From Chiloscyllium plagiosum (lineage: Eukaryota): DNA of 64,000 nt. The translations under genes and the position numbers were made by a program. Within the stretch, counting starts at the first letter, position 1, and the number at the start of each line of letters is the position of its first letter. Below the pieces are notes generated by a model. It ran no database searches and was not told the DNA's origin. It saw nothing but the letters and a program-made list of their open reading frames with translations. Below, piece by piece: positions 23,989 through 37,295 of the stretch. The stretch spans positions 103,729,963 to 103,793,962 of the forward strand of contig NC_057718.1 in the NCBI RefSeq assembly GCF_004010195.1. Reading direction: 5' to 3'.

Positions 23989-24323
23989 GGAAGGTTCCTG
24001 TCTGAACAGTGAAAACATATCTGCATTGCTGTTTTACTCCACATGAAATGTCAAAATGTACATGTCTCACATGGATCACCTTGGCCGCTAATGAATTACA
24101 GTCGAGTTATCTAGCTTTATTTTCTACAAACCAGTCTCTTCTGATCATTTACTTTTTGTGTCAATAACAGCAAACTGCAGTGCAATTCCCAAAAAAGGGG
24201 AGATTCCTTTCAATTTGTCATGAGCGGCGTAGGTGATCCATGTTGAACACCTATATTTTGGTGTTTCATGTGGAGTAAAACAGCAATGCGGATATTTTTT
24301 CACTGTTCAGACAGGAACCTTCC
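23989..24323. repeat. Long inverted repeat (~108-bp arms, ~120-bp spacer); MITE-like or hairpin
   Basis: ggaaggttcctgtctgaacagtgaaaa...ttttcactgttcagacaggaaccttcc. Pairing continues to tcaccttggccgctaatga / tcatgagcggcgtaggtga. Confidence 0.92.
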
Positions 24324-24475
24324 CTAATCCAGACTATCTGTGTTTCTTCCCTGCATTCAAACTGCACACAATCAAGTTTTCCTGAGATTCGGATCAATGT
24401 TTTGGTTGACAGCACATCCAGCTATTCCTGAACCTTTGAACTACATCATTTCAAAGTTGAACCTTTCCACTTTAT

Positions 24476-24520
24476 TTGGGTTCTAGTTGGGTTGGGTTCT
24501 AGTTGGGTTGGGTTCTAGTT
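24476..24520. repeat. 16-bp tandem repeat (ttgggttgggttctag) x ~2.8
   Basis: Directly visible. Confidence 0.85.
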
Positions 24521-25061
24521 CCAACAGTTGCCTGCCTTTTGTTTGTCAAAAACCAACCATTGTTCGGGTGAGCAGATGTATTTCTGTACCAGGAGTTGCC
24601 CGACATTTATTAAGTTGCAGTGGTGAGGGTGGAACGAGACTTATTTTCCAGCAGCCTACAATTATATTAAAGCAAATGACATCATCGTCTCAAGGGAAAT
24701 CATCCAGAAACTTCTGATTTCAAACTATTTTCAATAGAAATCTGCATTGCTTCCTGCATTTCCAGACAGCTCCAAATTATGTGCAGTTTGCACTTTAAGG
24801 AAACTCTATCTCTCTTCCAGTGACACCTACATTTAACCAGCCTAATTCTCACAGTTTTGCTATCTTTTGAAATTCTTCACTATTTGACTAAAGCCAAATT
24901 TCACATTAAATACACTTTCCAACGTTAGAAATAATTAAGATTCAGAGGGATTCCATTCAGGCCCCAATCTTCTGTTCCACCATTCAATTTGATCCTGGTT
25001 TAACTGTAAATTATGTTCATGTAATTAATCATATAATTAATTTCTTAAATAATACCCTTTT

Positions 25062-25835
25062 GATCCCTGTACAGTTTTGGTCTCCTTATCTAAAGAAAGA
25101 TATATTGGCATTGGAGGCAGTCCAGAGAAGGTTCACTTGGTTGAACCTGAGTATGGAGAGACTGTCTCATGGGGAGAGGTTGAGTAGGTTAGACCTGGAC
25201 TCATTGGAGTTTAGAAGAATGAGAGGCTACCTTCTTGAAACATACAAGATTCTTTGGGGACTTGGTAGGGTAGATGCAGAAAAGTTGTTTTCCCTCGTGG
25301 GAGAGATTGGGACCAAAGGGCATCATCTCACAGTAAGGAATCTCAAGTTGAAGACAGAGGTGGGGAGGAATGGCATATCTCAAAGGGCAATGAATTTAAG
25401 GAATTCTTTATCACAGAGGGCTATTGAGTCTGGGTCATTAACTATATTCAAAGCTGAGATAGACCAGGATCAGGCAGGGAATCGAGGGCTGTAGGGAAAA
25501 GCAGGAAAGTGGAGTTGAGGATGATCAAATCAGCCATGATCTCATTGAGTGGCAGAGCAGCCTCAATGGGCTGAATGGGAGAAAGTGAGGACTGCAGACG
25601 CTGGAGATCAGAGTTGAGAGTGTGGTGCTGGGGAATCACAGCAGGTCAGGCAGCATCCGAGGAGCAGGAGATTCGACGTTTCGGACATAAGCCCTTAATC
25701 AAGAATGCATGATGAAGGGCTCATGCCTGAAATGTCAATTCTCCTGCTCTTCAGGTGCTGCCTGATCTGCTGTGCTTTTCCAGCACCGTACTCTCGACTC
25801 AGTGCACTAAATGGTCTACTGCTGTTCCTAGATCT
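25062..25835 (+). mobile_element. CR1 LINE 3' fragment with an inverted PLE family-A pair (~25577-25799) in its 3' UTR
   Basis: 'VQFWSPYLKKDILALEAVQRRFT...LEFRRMRG'. PLE arms are inverted about ~25706, with a diverged TSD tcaatgggctgaatgg / tcagtgcactaaatgg. Confidence 0.85.
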
Positions 25836-26921
25836 TACCATCTTATTTGCGAGTTATGTTGTAATAAGAAATCTATTAATTTCAGTTTTCAATTGACATC
25901 AACCTAACAGTCTCAACAACTTTGTGGGGTGAGATTCGAAATATCTAGTCCCTTTGTGTAAAACAGTGCTTCCTGACACCACCACTGAACACACAGCTCC
26001 CATTTTAAGGTTACGTCCTCTTGTTTCTGACTCTCCCAAAAGAGGAAAATGATTTTTATCAAACCTTGTAAATGCTTTGATCATCTTCCGCCCACATGCA
26101 CTGTCCATGCCTGTATCCAGGTTCAAATCCTTCTAAAACTGCTATCCCTACCCAGATAATGGTTTCAAATCCTCCTGCAGGCCTCTCAGTGCTCACAACA
26201 GACACGTAAAAGAGCAGGGCACCAGAAAAAGAACAATAAGGACAATTGAGGACAGTGCCTAAAAACCAGTTCTATATTCCATCATCTTTATTGCTCTTTC
26301 AAAGACTTTATGGATTGGCCCCATTCCTGGAAAACAAAACATCTGGGAATGGTCATTTCATAGCAGATACTGATTGTTTTTCCTCCAAAATACTCAAGGC
26401 AAATATTATTGTTACTTTAATGGCCATCAGTTTCTCTCACAATGTTGAATCTGTTGCTTTTGCAAGCACTTAAGAAGATTAAAATATCTTTCATTTAATA
26501 GTGATGATTTTCAGTTCTATAGCACTCTTTATATAGTGGTGACCAATTAGCTTATGGTAGGAATCAGGATGATATCAACAGCCAATGCCAATGGCTATGA
26601 TTCCCTTTCCAGCCAAGGTAGGTTTGGGATCCACCTGTTAGCCCCTACTCAGAGAGTGGATCACACTAGCAATCCACTCCTGTCAAGGGTCAGCTAAGGG
26701 TGAATGTCAGAGTGAAATGAGGATCTCCTGGTCAGTGTCCACCGACAGGACTGTGCTGCTTTCCTGGAACCAGTCCTGCAATGTTCAAACCTCAGAGATT
26801 CTGCCTTCCACAAGGCCTGGGCACTGGGAGGTTTCTGTACCACAGTCTTGACACTGCTCCATATGTGACACATTTCTCCTACTCTGAGCCTGCTGCATGT
26901 CTATCCTTTGCCATGTTGCTC

Positions 26922-27286
26922 TTATTTATTCATTATCAGGATATGGGCATTACTGGCTAGACCACCATTTAATGCTCATTCCTAAATGCCCAGGCAGCAG
27001 TTAAGAGTGACTCACATAGCTATGGCTCTCGAATCACGTATAGGCCAGACCAGGTAAGGACATCAGATTTCCTTCCCTAAAGTGTATGAGTAAACCAGGT
27101 GAATATTTATTTTGTACAACAATCAACAATAATCATGCCATTAGACCAACTCTCTATTCCAGATTTTTATTGAATTCAAATTTCACCATCTGTCATGATG
27201 GAATTTGAACACATTTCCCCACAATATTAACCCGAGGTTTTGGATTGCTAATCCAACCACATTACCATTACACCACATCACCCCTT
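26922..27286 (-). mobile_element. Deu-domain SINE
   Basis: 'taggccagaccaggtaaggacatcagatttccttccctaaag' core and antisense tRNA-like head. Confidence 0.7.
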
Positions 27287-27397
27287 TGAAGAGTAAGTGG
27301 CATCCAACTCTTAGGAGTCCCAGTGAACTCTTTATTTATACATGGAGAGATGGAATATTGATGACAGCTCTCAGCGCAGTGGTTCAATACTTATCTA

Positions 27398-27632
27398 TGC
27401 AGCAATTAGAACAAGGTCAGCCAGGTGGACCTCATAGAATAGGAGTTTCCTGATTGGGGCTGTTAATCTGGTCCAATCAGGGGGCCCTGGCTGACAGATA
27501 GAAACAGTAGTATTAGGGGTTCTGTTCATTCTAGAGGTCAGCTCTGAGGGAGCTGGGTCGGTGTCATGTACTATGTACGTGTAAATAAAGGATGACTTAG
27601 TGACAGGATACAGGACTTTGTGGAGTTATTAC
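27398..27632 (+). mobile_element. Possible solo LTR
   Basis: TG...CA ends, inverted CCAAT boxes (ctgattgg / ccaatcag) and AATAAA ~45 nt before the end. No clean TSD. Confidence 0.45.
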
Positions 27633-27791
27633 AGTGTATTTTGAATCATGAGAGCATGAGGTGCTGGATGTCATAGTTGCATCAATAAGTACAGCACTGC
27701 CATGAGCACGTTCACTCCCATTATTCTATACCACCTACAGGCAAAGGTTTCATCACATTAACCATCTGAAGACGTTTCACCTGAGTAATTT

Positions 27792-28160
27792 AGAGTCACA
27801 GAGATGGACATCACAGAAACAGATTCTCTGGTCCACTCATCCATGCTGACCAGATATTCTAACCCAATCTAGTCCCATTTGTCAGCACTTGGCCCATATC
27901 CCTCTAAACCCTTCCTATTCATATACACATCCAAATGCCTTTTAAATGTAATTATACCAGCCTCCAACACATCCTCTGGCAGCTCATTCCACACACACAC
28001 CACCCTCTGTGTGAAAAGGTTGCCCCTTTGGTCCCTTTTAAATCTTTCCCCTCTCATCTTAAACCTATGTCCTCTAGTTTTGGACCTCCCTACCCTGGGA
28101 AAAAGAGCTTAACTATTTGCCCTATCCATACCCCTCATGGTTTTATAAACCTCCATAATG
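27792..28160 (-). mobile_element. CR1/HER1 LINE 3' end
   Basis: 'RGERFKRDQRGNLFTQRVVCVWNELPE...KGLEGYGP'. Confidence 0.9.
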
Positions 28161-29224
28161 TCAATTTGTTAAAGAAAACTCAACACCTGATCAGTCACAC
28201 TGTTAGGTGACAAGAAACTTGGTCAAAGTGATACATTTTAAGAAGCATCTTAAAAGATGGAGTGAGGAGTGCTTTGGTATCTGAAGACACGACCACTAAT
28301 GATGGAATCATTTGGGATGATTGAAAATTAAGATTGATATTGAGAGTGAGTGTTGAAACTGTACAAAGAAGGAGTTTCTTGAAAGTGAAGCATTTAGAAT
28401 GTTGAAGCCGTGAACATTTTCCATTATTGATTCTGTGATGAGCTCATCTGGTATAAATACCCAAACTGTCACCACATCAGAGAAACTTTCACAAATTTCC
28501 CTCATTTTATTATTGAGGAACATTATTTTTAAGAAGGAAAATTTTCTTGAATTCAAACACTTCAAAACAAAATTCCATTGTAATATGGAACTGTGTATTC
28601 GATTAGAAAAATATAATTCAGAATTCAAATTAATTAGATGCATCAAATATTCGTTTTGCACGGTGTGCTTTTGTTTTGTCCAGTCTTCTCTTTCGGGGTT
28701 TGAGATGGTTAATATCTAGGACTGCAAAGACATTCACAGCATTGAGACAGTCTAGTCATTCATCAGACGTTCCAGCTTCCATGTGTTCAGAAAACACACT
28801 GCTTGATTGAAACGGAAACTGAGCCAAAATAGAAACTAAAATGTTTGAAGTACATTTCCAGTCACACAAAATATTCATTTTCCACTGGACGAAATTATGT
28901 AGTTATCTGCAAAACTGAAGGAATACTTCAAACACATACAGTCATTACATGTACTTTTTTATTGCAACATTTAAATCAGTCTGATTTACCTACCAGTTTT
29001 ATTTGGCATATCAGAAAGGTACAGAAAAGTTACAATATGGAAACTACCCATTTAGCCTAAGTTTGTGTTTCCTCTCCATGTTAGTCATTATCAGATTTAC
29101 ATCCTGCATTCCCAAATCCCTTCTTGTCTTGAATCTTTACACAGTCTCTGCCTCAATCAGTAACCCCAAAACCGAAGTCTGCTGTCATAAAATTCCAGGT
29201 GGGCATCCCCGGTATTGTTCCTCT

Positions 29225-29680
29225 CCTTAATTGCCCTTGAGAAGGTGGTGGTGAGCTCTGTTGTTGATGCACCTCAATCCATGGGGTGTCAGGACACTCA
29301 CGATGTCTTTAGGGAGGGAATTCCAGGATTTTGACCCAGTGACAGTGAAGGAACAGCGATATATTCCCCACGGCAGCGTGGTAGATGAACTTGCAGGTGG
29401 TAGTGTATCTACTGCCCTTGTCCTTCTAGATAGGAGAGGTTGTAGATAATTTTAATCAATCTGTTCAGAGATGTTATTACACACCTCTCAAGCATGTGGG
29501 ACTTGATCCGAGACCTCCTGGCTCGGAGGTAGGACATTACAACTGTGCCCATAAGAACCAAAATGCTAGAGGTTGTAGATTTATTTGGAAAGTACTGTCA
29601 AAAGACCAGCAGTGGCTTGTTGCATCTTTCTGATGGTATACACCGCTGTAACTGCGCATTGGTGGTGGAGGGAGTGAACA
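29225..29680 (-). mobile_element. Old non-LTR LINE 3' fragment with a short tRNA-headed SINE piece (~29450-29560)
   Basis: 'ttaattgcccttgagaaggtggtgg...ttccaggattttgacccagtgacagtgaaggaac'. Same family as 7735 and 43925-44560. Confidence 0.55.
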
Positions 29681-30239
29681 TGAATGAAGTCTCTCACTCT
29701 CCTGTTCTCAAGGATCAATATTAATTGTGAGGGGAGGAAGGGTAAAGCTGAAACATCAAACTCCCCAAGTGATCTCAGCCTGAATGCAATAACATGCCTT
29801 TTGAAATGATGTTATTGGACAGAAACATCAAATTAGTCACTATTTGTCTGGGGAAATGACCCTTTCCCAAAACTAAAATGTCTCCAGTTAAAATGATGAT
29901 CATTATTAATGAATCAGGAACAGTGGACATGGAATCTTAATTTTAATCTGCTAGTTGTACCTCTCTCCTGAGTGAGGTTCAAACTCAATCATTAAATCTT
30001 TCACATATAATCTCAACTCCCAATCTGGATCAGTTAATCACTGTTTCTATTGACGTTGCCTGACCCGTCCAAAGCCTTAATTATTTATGTGTTCACTTTA
30101 CAATCTGTAACATTTTACAATCTTTACAACATTTGAATCAAAAAGCCCCAGTGGTTCAGATACTATGGAATAATGCAAATCGCTAAATACTATAGGCTGA
30201 CATACTACCGCGGGATAAGATTGTTGGTCTTTCTTGGAC

Positions 30240-30572
30240 TGTGGATATCACTGCCAAAGACAAATGTACTTACCCTTTATCTGAGTGACTTGCCAGGCTA
30301 AGGGCCAGCCACACAGTGTTGTGGGCCTGGAGTCACATGTAAATAAAGCTGGCAAATTTCTTCTTCCTAAAGAGCATTAGTGAATTGGATCGACTTTTGT
30401 GACAAATCAATGGTAGCTCTGACAGTCACAGGATTACTGACAGGAGCTCCAATTGCCGACATTTTAATTATTTGGAATTAAAATTCCAGCAGCTGCCATG
30501 GTGAGACTTGAACCAGCCTCCCCAGGACATCAGCTGGGGTTACCCGGCCAGCGGCATTTCCACTGTGCCTTC
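30240..30572 (-). mobile_element. Deu-domain SINE, degenerate
   Basis: 'ctggagtcacatgta...ggcaaatttcttcttcctaaagagcattagtgaa...cagctgccatggtgagacttgaacc'. Confidence 0.6.
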
Positions 30573-30632
30573 TCATATCATTAGGCTCCTGTATTGACAT
30601 TTTACATGAGGTCTTGTCTGTTTAAAATAATA

Positions 30633-30720
30633 GCTGAAAATGTGTTGCTGGAAAAGCGCAGCAGGTCAGGCAGCATCCAGGGAACAGGAGAATCGACGTT
30701 TCGGGCATGAGCCCTTCTTC
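30633..30720 (-). mobile_element. Solo PLE family-A terminal fragment with 15-bp TSD
   Basis: TSD ctgtttaaaataata at 30618-30632 and 30721-30735. The 5' end falls inside the CUGAAGA box. Confidence 0.9.
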
Positions 30721-30874
30721 CTGTTTAAAATAATAACATGTTTGACAATACTGACAATACTGTTCCTCTGAACAACAAAACACTGACTCTAGAAGGACTG
30801 AGCAGAGCAGTCGCATCTGTGTTGTGAGAAGGAGATAGTCACAGGACAGTGTGTCCAAAGAAAAGATTTCTAAG

Positions 30875-31422
30875 GATAGAAACATACACAGAAACATAGA
30901 ACATAGAAGCAGGAGGAAGCCATTCAGCCCTTCGAACCTGCTCCACCACTCATCACAATCATGGCTGATCACCCAACTCAATAACCTAATGCTGCTTTCT
31001 CCTCATAATATTGGATCCCATTCGCCCAAGGTGCTACATCTAGCCACCTCTTGAATACATTCAATGTTTTGGCATCAGTTACTTCCTGTGGTAATGAATC
31101 CCAAAGACTCCCCACTCTCTGGGTGAAGAAATGTCTCCTCATCTCTGTCCTAAATGGTCTACCCTGAATCCTCAGACTGTGACCCCCTGGTTCTGGACGC
31201 ACCCACCATTGGGAACATCCTCCCTGCATCTACCCTGTCAGGACTTGTTAGAATTTTATAAGTCTCTATGAGATCCCTCCTCATTCATCTGAGCTTCAGC
31301 GAAAACAATCCTAACTTGGTCAATCTCTCCTCATACCTCAGTCCCACCCCCCGGAATCAGCCTGGGGAACCTTTGCTGCTCTCCCTCGAGAGCAAAAGCA
31401 TCCTTCCTCAGACAGAAGGAGA
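30875..31422 (-). mobile_element. CR1 LINE 3' fragment
   Basis: 'GHSLRIQGRPFRTEMRRHFFTQRVGSLWDSLPQ' with a (catagaa)n tail. Confidence 0.9.
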
Positions 31423-31714
31423 CAGAGCTGTATGGGACTCAGGTGTGGTGACAGTGAGGTTGAAAGGAGTTGGGTGGTGAAGAGGTTGCAGATACAGACA
31501 GACCAGCAGGGAATTTGAGTGGGAGCAGCGGCCGAGTAAAGGCGAACCCGGGAGACTACAGCTAAGAAAGTGTACAGTCATGGCAGCGCAGGCGGTGAAA
31601 TGTTCCTAGCTGTGTGGGATTCAGGAACAGTGAGAGTGAAAAGATCTCAGAGGCAGACAGACCAGGTGAGTTGCTGTGTGGGACTCGGAGTGGTGACAGT
31701 GAGGTTTTTTTGAA

Positions 31715-32017
31715 TAGATTAGATTAGATTACTTACAGTTTGGAAACAGGCCCTTCGGCTCAACAAGTCCACACCGACCCGCCAAAGCGCACCCATCCAG
31801 ACCCATTCCCCTATGTTTACCCCTGCACCTAATACTACAGGCAATTTAGCATGGCCAATTCAACTGACCTGCACATCTTTGTGACTGTGGGAGGAAACCG
31901 GAGCACCCGGAGGAAACCCACACAGACACGGGGAGAACGTGCAAACTCTACACAGTCGCCTGAGGCGGGACTTGAACCCGGGTCTCTGGTGCTGTGAGGC
32001 AGCAGTGCTAACCACTG
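31715..32017 (-). mobile_element. HE1-type V-SINE
   Basis: (agatt)n tail, V core, head slightly truncated. Confidence 0.9.
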
Positions 32018-32449
32018 GGAGGAGTGTGAAGAGGTCCCGGAAGCAAAGACCTGCAAGGGAGCTGCTTCAACAAAATCAAAGTGTGACGCCAGAGAAGATC
32101 AGGTCAGTAATCGATGGGTATTTCTCTCTTGTCTCTGATTTAAATTAAGACTGTAAGTACAGCTTAAAAACTATGCACAGATAACTAATATTTTAGAACT
32201 TCAAAAGTAAGTTACTTTGTTTGATAGAGTTAATAGTTTGTTCAGTTGGTTCTCTGACATAAACAAGATTAAATTTCTGAAGAAGGTTCATATTGGACTC
32301 AAAATGTTAACTCTGTTTCTGTCTCCACAGATGCTGCCTGACCTGCTGGGTTTTCTCCAGCATTCTCCAGCATTCCAGTATCTGCAGCATTTTACTTTTA
32401 CATAAACGAGGGTAAGAGTTTTCAAGTCTATACTTAAGTCAGGGTAAGA

Positions 32450-32694
32450 GGTGGAGTTTGCACGTTCTCCCCGTGTCTGCGTGGGTTTCCTCCGAGTGCT
32501 CCGGTTTCCTACCACAGTCCAAACATGTGCAGGTCAGATGAATTGGCCACGCTAAATTGCCCATAGTGTTCGGTGCATTAGTCAGGGGCAAATTTAGGGG
32601 AATGAGTCTGGGTGGGTTGCTCTTCGGAGGGTCGGTGTGGACTTGTTGGGCTGAAGGGCCTGTTTCCACACTGTAGGAAATCTAATCTAATCTA
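32450..32694 (+). mobile_element. HE1-type V-SINE, 5'-truncated
   Basis: Starts in the core at 'gtggagtttgcacgttctcccc'; (aatct)n tail. Confidence 0.9.
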
Positions 32695-32859
32695 AAGAGT
32701 AAAATAAAAGTAAGGGTTAATATTTTGTTTCGTTAAGGTAGGTCTGGGAGGCGCAGGTCCGTGATGTGCACACACTGCACCGTGGAGGAAATCCTTGACT
32801 ATCTGCTGGTCAGGATGACCTGCTGCTGGAGGTGACTCTGGCTGGAGCCATCGCAGCTC

Positions 32860-34380
32860 TGGGTTTTGGAAAAGAATTCTGATGGACAGAATATTTCTGC
32901 ACTTGGAGAGACATGGATTAATCAGGGATAGTCAGGAAGGCTTTGCTAAGGGAAGGTCACATCTGACAAATCTGATTGAGGTTTTTGAGGTTTGTGGGCG
33001 GCACGGTGAAACAATGGTTAGCACTGCTGCCTCACAGCGCCAGAGACCCGGGTTCAATTCCCGCCTCAAGCGACTGACTGTGTGGAGTTTGCACATTCTC
33101 CCCGTGTCTGCGTGGGTTTCCTCGGGTGCTCCGGTTTCCTCCCACAGTCCAAAGATGTGCAGGTCAGGTGAATTGGCCATGCTAAATTGCCCGTAGTGTT
33201 AGGTAAGGGGTAGATGTAGTGGAATGGGTGTGGGCTTGTTGGGCCGAAGGGCCTGTCTCCACACTGTAAGTAATCTAAAAAATCTAATCTACCAGGAGTG
33301 TTGATGAGGGTGGTCAACAAGGACTTAAGAAAGGCTTATGATAATCTCCCTCATGGCAGACGGATGAAGACAGTAAGAGCCCACGGAATCTAAGGCAAAG
33401 TGGCACATTGGACCCAAAATTAGCCGAGAGGCAGGAAGCAGAGGGTGGGGTAGGGGGGTGATTCTGTAATGGGAATTCTGTTTCCAGTGGGCGTTCCACA
33501 GGCCTCAGGGCTCTTGGTGTACATTAACAATATGGACAGAAAGGTAAGGGATATGATTGAGAAATTCACAGATGACACAATAATTGGTGGGGGGTAAATT
33601 GAGGAGGGTAGCTGTAAACTACCGGAGGATATCAATGGACTGGTCAGCTGGGCAGGAGAGGGGCAAATGGAATTCAACCAGGAAAAGTGAGAGGGATTGC
33701 CCTTGGGAAGGGCCAACAAAGCAAGGATTTACACTCTGAATGGCAGGAGCCTGGGAAATCCTGAAGATCAGAGGGAGCTGGGTATCTATATCCACAGATC
33801 CCTGAAGGTAAAAGGGCAGGTGGTGAAGAAGGCAGATGGCAAACTTGGCTCGATTGGCTGAGCTGTGGAATACAGGAGCAGGGAGATTATGCTGAAACTG
33901 TATAAAACACTGATTAGACACAACTGGAATACTGTGTGTAGTTCAGATCACCATATTATGGAGAGGATGTGAATGTACTAGAGAGGCTGTAAGAGAGATG
34001 CTCCCTCAGGGACCTGATAGAGATGTACAAGATTATGAAGGACATAGATGGAGTGGATATTAAGGCATGTTTTTCCATTAGTAGTGGGGTTAATAGTGAA
34101 GGAGCATCAATTTAAAGGCAAAAGGTAGAAGCTGAGGAGGAGAGTTTTGGAAAATGTATTTTTTACTCACAGGGTGTTCAAAGTTTGAAATTCCTTACTT
34201 GAAAAGGTAGTTGAGTTAAAAACTCTTGAAACGTTTAAGCAGTATTTAGAAACCCGCTTTTGTTGTTATAGCCTCAAGGGCTATGGGCCAAGAGTTGGAA
34301 ACTGGGATGTAGCCAGATCTTTGTTGACTGATACAGATATGATAGGATGAATGGCCTCTCTCTGTGATCCAAATGTCAGA
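32860..34380 (+). mobile_element. CR1 LINE RT to 3' end (old) with an HE1 SINE inserted at ~32995-33290
   Basis: 'HLERHGLIRDSQEGFAKGRSHLTNLIEVFE', then decayed RT motifs downstream. Confidence 0.88.
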
Positions 34381-36352
34381 TATCAGAACAGTAGGGTTAA
34401 ACCATCAGGAAAGATGACATAAGCTGGTCTCCTTGTTCTTAAAGTAAAATACAAGCTAAGGTATAAACTGATACCGATGTCCTGATAGTTATGAAACGGT
34501 TTGATTGGGTAGGTGTAGAGATCACTTTTACACTTGCATGGGAGATTGAACTAAGGGTTAAAACTATATAATAAAGAATTCAAGAATACCTCGATGTTCA
34601 GAGAGTTGAGAGTGTGGAATGTTACTTAGTGGAATAAAGTTGAATGCATGTTAGGACAAGCTAGGAAAGTATACAGGGAGAAGGAAAGTAAAGGATGTAT
34701 TCACAGAGGGGCAAAGCTTGTGTGGAGCAGAAACACGATCACAGTATGGAATAATTTCGAGGCCTGATGGAAGTCAATAATTTGCAATTCCATGTAGCAA
34801 ATAAAGCAAAAATAATAATGTCAGACGAAGAAAGAAGTGTTGACACATGGGATGATCAAACTCCAGTGCAATCATTTTGGAAATGAACGAGTGTTTTAAC
34901 TGGCAGAATCTCTCTGTGTTCTGCCACTGACCACAGTAAAGGGCTGGGCTTCATATGGGAAACTATTTCACGGACGTACAGTACATTTCCCTGGCACCGA
35001 AGATGTGGTTGTCTCCAAGGTGGCTGTATGTCAGAGCCAACACGGATCTACCGCACAACTCATGACTTAACAAGTCAAAAGCAAAATGGTTTAAAAGCAA
35101 AATCTTGCAGGTGCTGAAAATCTGAAACAAACACAGAATGCTGGAGAAACTATAAAGAACAGTCATACCAGACTCAAGACACAAACTCTCTCCACAGATG
35201 CTGTGAGACCTGCTGAGTTTCTCCAGCATTCTCTGTGGTTTCCTCCAGTTTCTTGTCAGCTCCAGGAAATTTCAGACTCATTAAAGGACACAGTTTTCAT
35301 GATCTCTGTTTTCCACAAATCTCCAAATGAGAACATCTTTTCCATGTCTAACCTATCAAACAATTTAATTGGACTGAATCTGATGATATTTTGGTGAAGT
35401 TCCAGAGTTTTACAGAGTGTTTCTCTCTGCAAGGCCCAGGCATTTTTCTTATACTATTCCTCCCTCCAACCCCCCCCCCCCCCCCCCCCCCCATTAACTC
35501 CCTACCCTGCCCCTCACATCTGGTGCTGGCCTGATTTTCCCACACTCCGTGGTTGGAATTCCTCCCTACAGCTGGTATTCCCGGAATAGATGGCCATCCC
35601 TGGAGGAAGCAATGCCAACTTGTAACCTCAGCTGTTGGGTGGTGGCTCCCTGGGGTTACCCTTCACTGCTAATGTATCGGCACAGTGACCATTACCCAGT
35701 GGTTCACACAGCACAGAGGTGGTACAGCTGGTACTTCCTCAGACAGACAACTGCACGTTCCCAGTGCCCTCGCTGTTTAAACACCAGGCCCCACACCTCA
35801 GTGCTCCGTAGAGACATCCCATCTTACTACCGTCTCTAACTCACTGCTACTCTCTCCCTGATGTCCATGGCATCTCATCATTGTTCACTGGGGGAGCTAT
35901 CACTGACTGGGAAGACTTGGAGTAAAATGTAAAACATTAACTTCTATTTTCAAAAGGTAAATGTGAACAGAAATCAAACCAAAGGGGTTGCATTTCCCTC
36001 CCAGCATACAAAAGAACTTTTTTAACATATTTATTTCAAAAATATACTTTAATCATAAAATATTTTGATGATCTGTACAATTGGACATGCCATACATACG
36101 TAAACATTCCATTTCTTGGCATATAGAGACAGAGTAATCATTCATATACACAGGTCTGTACGATTACTCTCCACATATTTAGTAGGGGGGTTAGCAGAGC
36201 CCCCTTACTGCGTCAGACCCCTGTGCTTAGGCAGGCAGATGTTACACGGTGGTCTTGCCCCACTGCGCCTTGGCGGCAGCTGCCCCAACCCACCATACAA
36301 AAGAACAGCTTACTAGTGGTTTGCAGTCAGGGAAAGGCTCATATTGACTGGG

Positions 36353-37295
36353 CCTCACATACGTTCGACACACCACCCATGCCCTCCACCTCCTCCAAGA
36401 CTTCCGTTTCCCCGGCCCCCAACGCCTCATCTTCACCATGGATATCCAATCCCTCTATACCTCCATCCGCCATGACCAGGGCCTCCAAGCCCTCCGTTTT
36501 TTCCTCTCCAGACGTCCGCAACAGTACCCTTCCACCGACACTCTCATTCGTTTGGCCGAACTGGTCCTCACCCTTAACAATTTCTCCTTTGAATCCTCCC
36601 ACTTCCTCCAGACCAAAGGGGTAGCCATGGGCACACGTATGGGCCCCAGCTATGCCTGTATCTTTGTTGGCTACGTAGAACAGTTGATCTTCCATAATTA
36701 CACCGGCACCACTCCCCACCTCTTCCTCCGCTACATTGATGACTGCATTGGCGCCACCTCGTGCTCCCGCGAGGAGGTTGAGCAATTCATCAACTTCACC
36801 AACACATTCCACCCTGACCTTAAATTTACCTGGACCATCTCCGACACCTGGCTCCCCTTCCTGGACCTCTCCATCTCCATCAGTGACGACAGACTTGACA
36901 CTGACATTTTCTACAAACCCACCGACCCACAGCTACCTGGATTACACCTCTTCCCACCCGACCTCTTGCAAAAATGCCATCCCGTATTCCCAATTCCTCC
37001 GCCGTATCTGCTCCCAGGAGAAGCAGTTCCACCATAGACCACACCAGATGGCCTCCTTCTTTAGAGACCGCAATTTCCCTTCCCACGTGGTCAAAGATGC
37101 CCTCCAACGCATCTCATCCACATCCCGCACCTCCGCCCCCAGACCCAACCCCTCCAACCGCAACAAGGACAGAACGCCCCTGGTGCCCACCTTCCACCCT
37201 ACCAACCTTCGCATAAACCAAATCATCCGCCGACATTTCCGCCACCTCCAAACAGACCCCACCACCAGGGATATATTTCCCTCCCCACACCTTTC
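36353..37295 (+). pseudogene. Penelope-type reverse transcriptase fragment (frameshift near 36925)
   Basis: MDIQSLYTSI, QTKGVAMGTRMGPSYACIFV, LRYIDD, LKFT, LPFLDL and YKPT, then SYLDYTSSHPTSCKNAIPYSQFLR in another frame. These are PLE RT motifs. Confidence 0.92.

Noticed and set aside
28308..28719. Overlapping 117-aa and 94-aa ORFs
   Set aside because: AT-rich, low-information composition, with no convincing splice signals or domain motifs.
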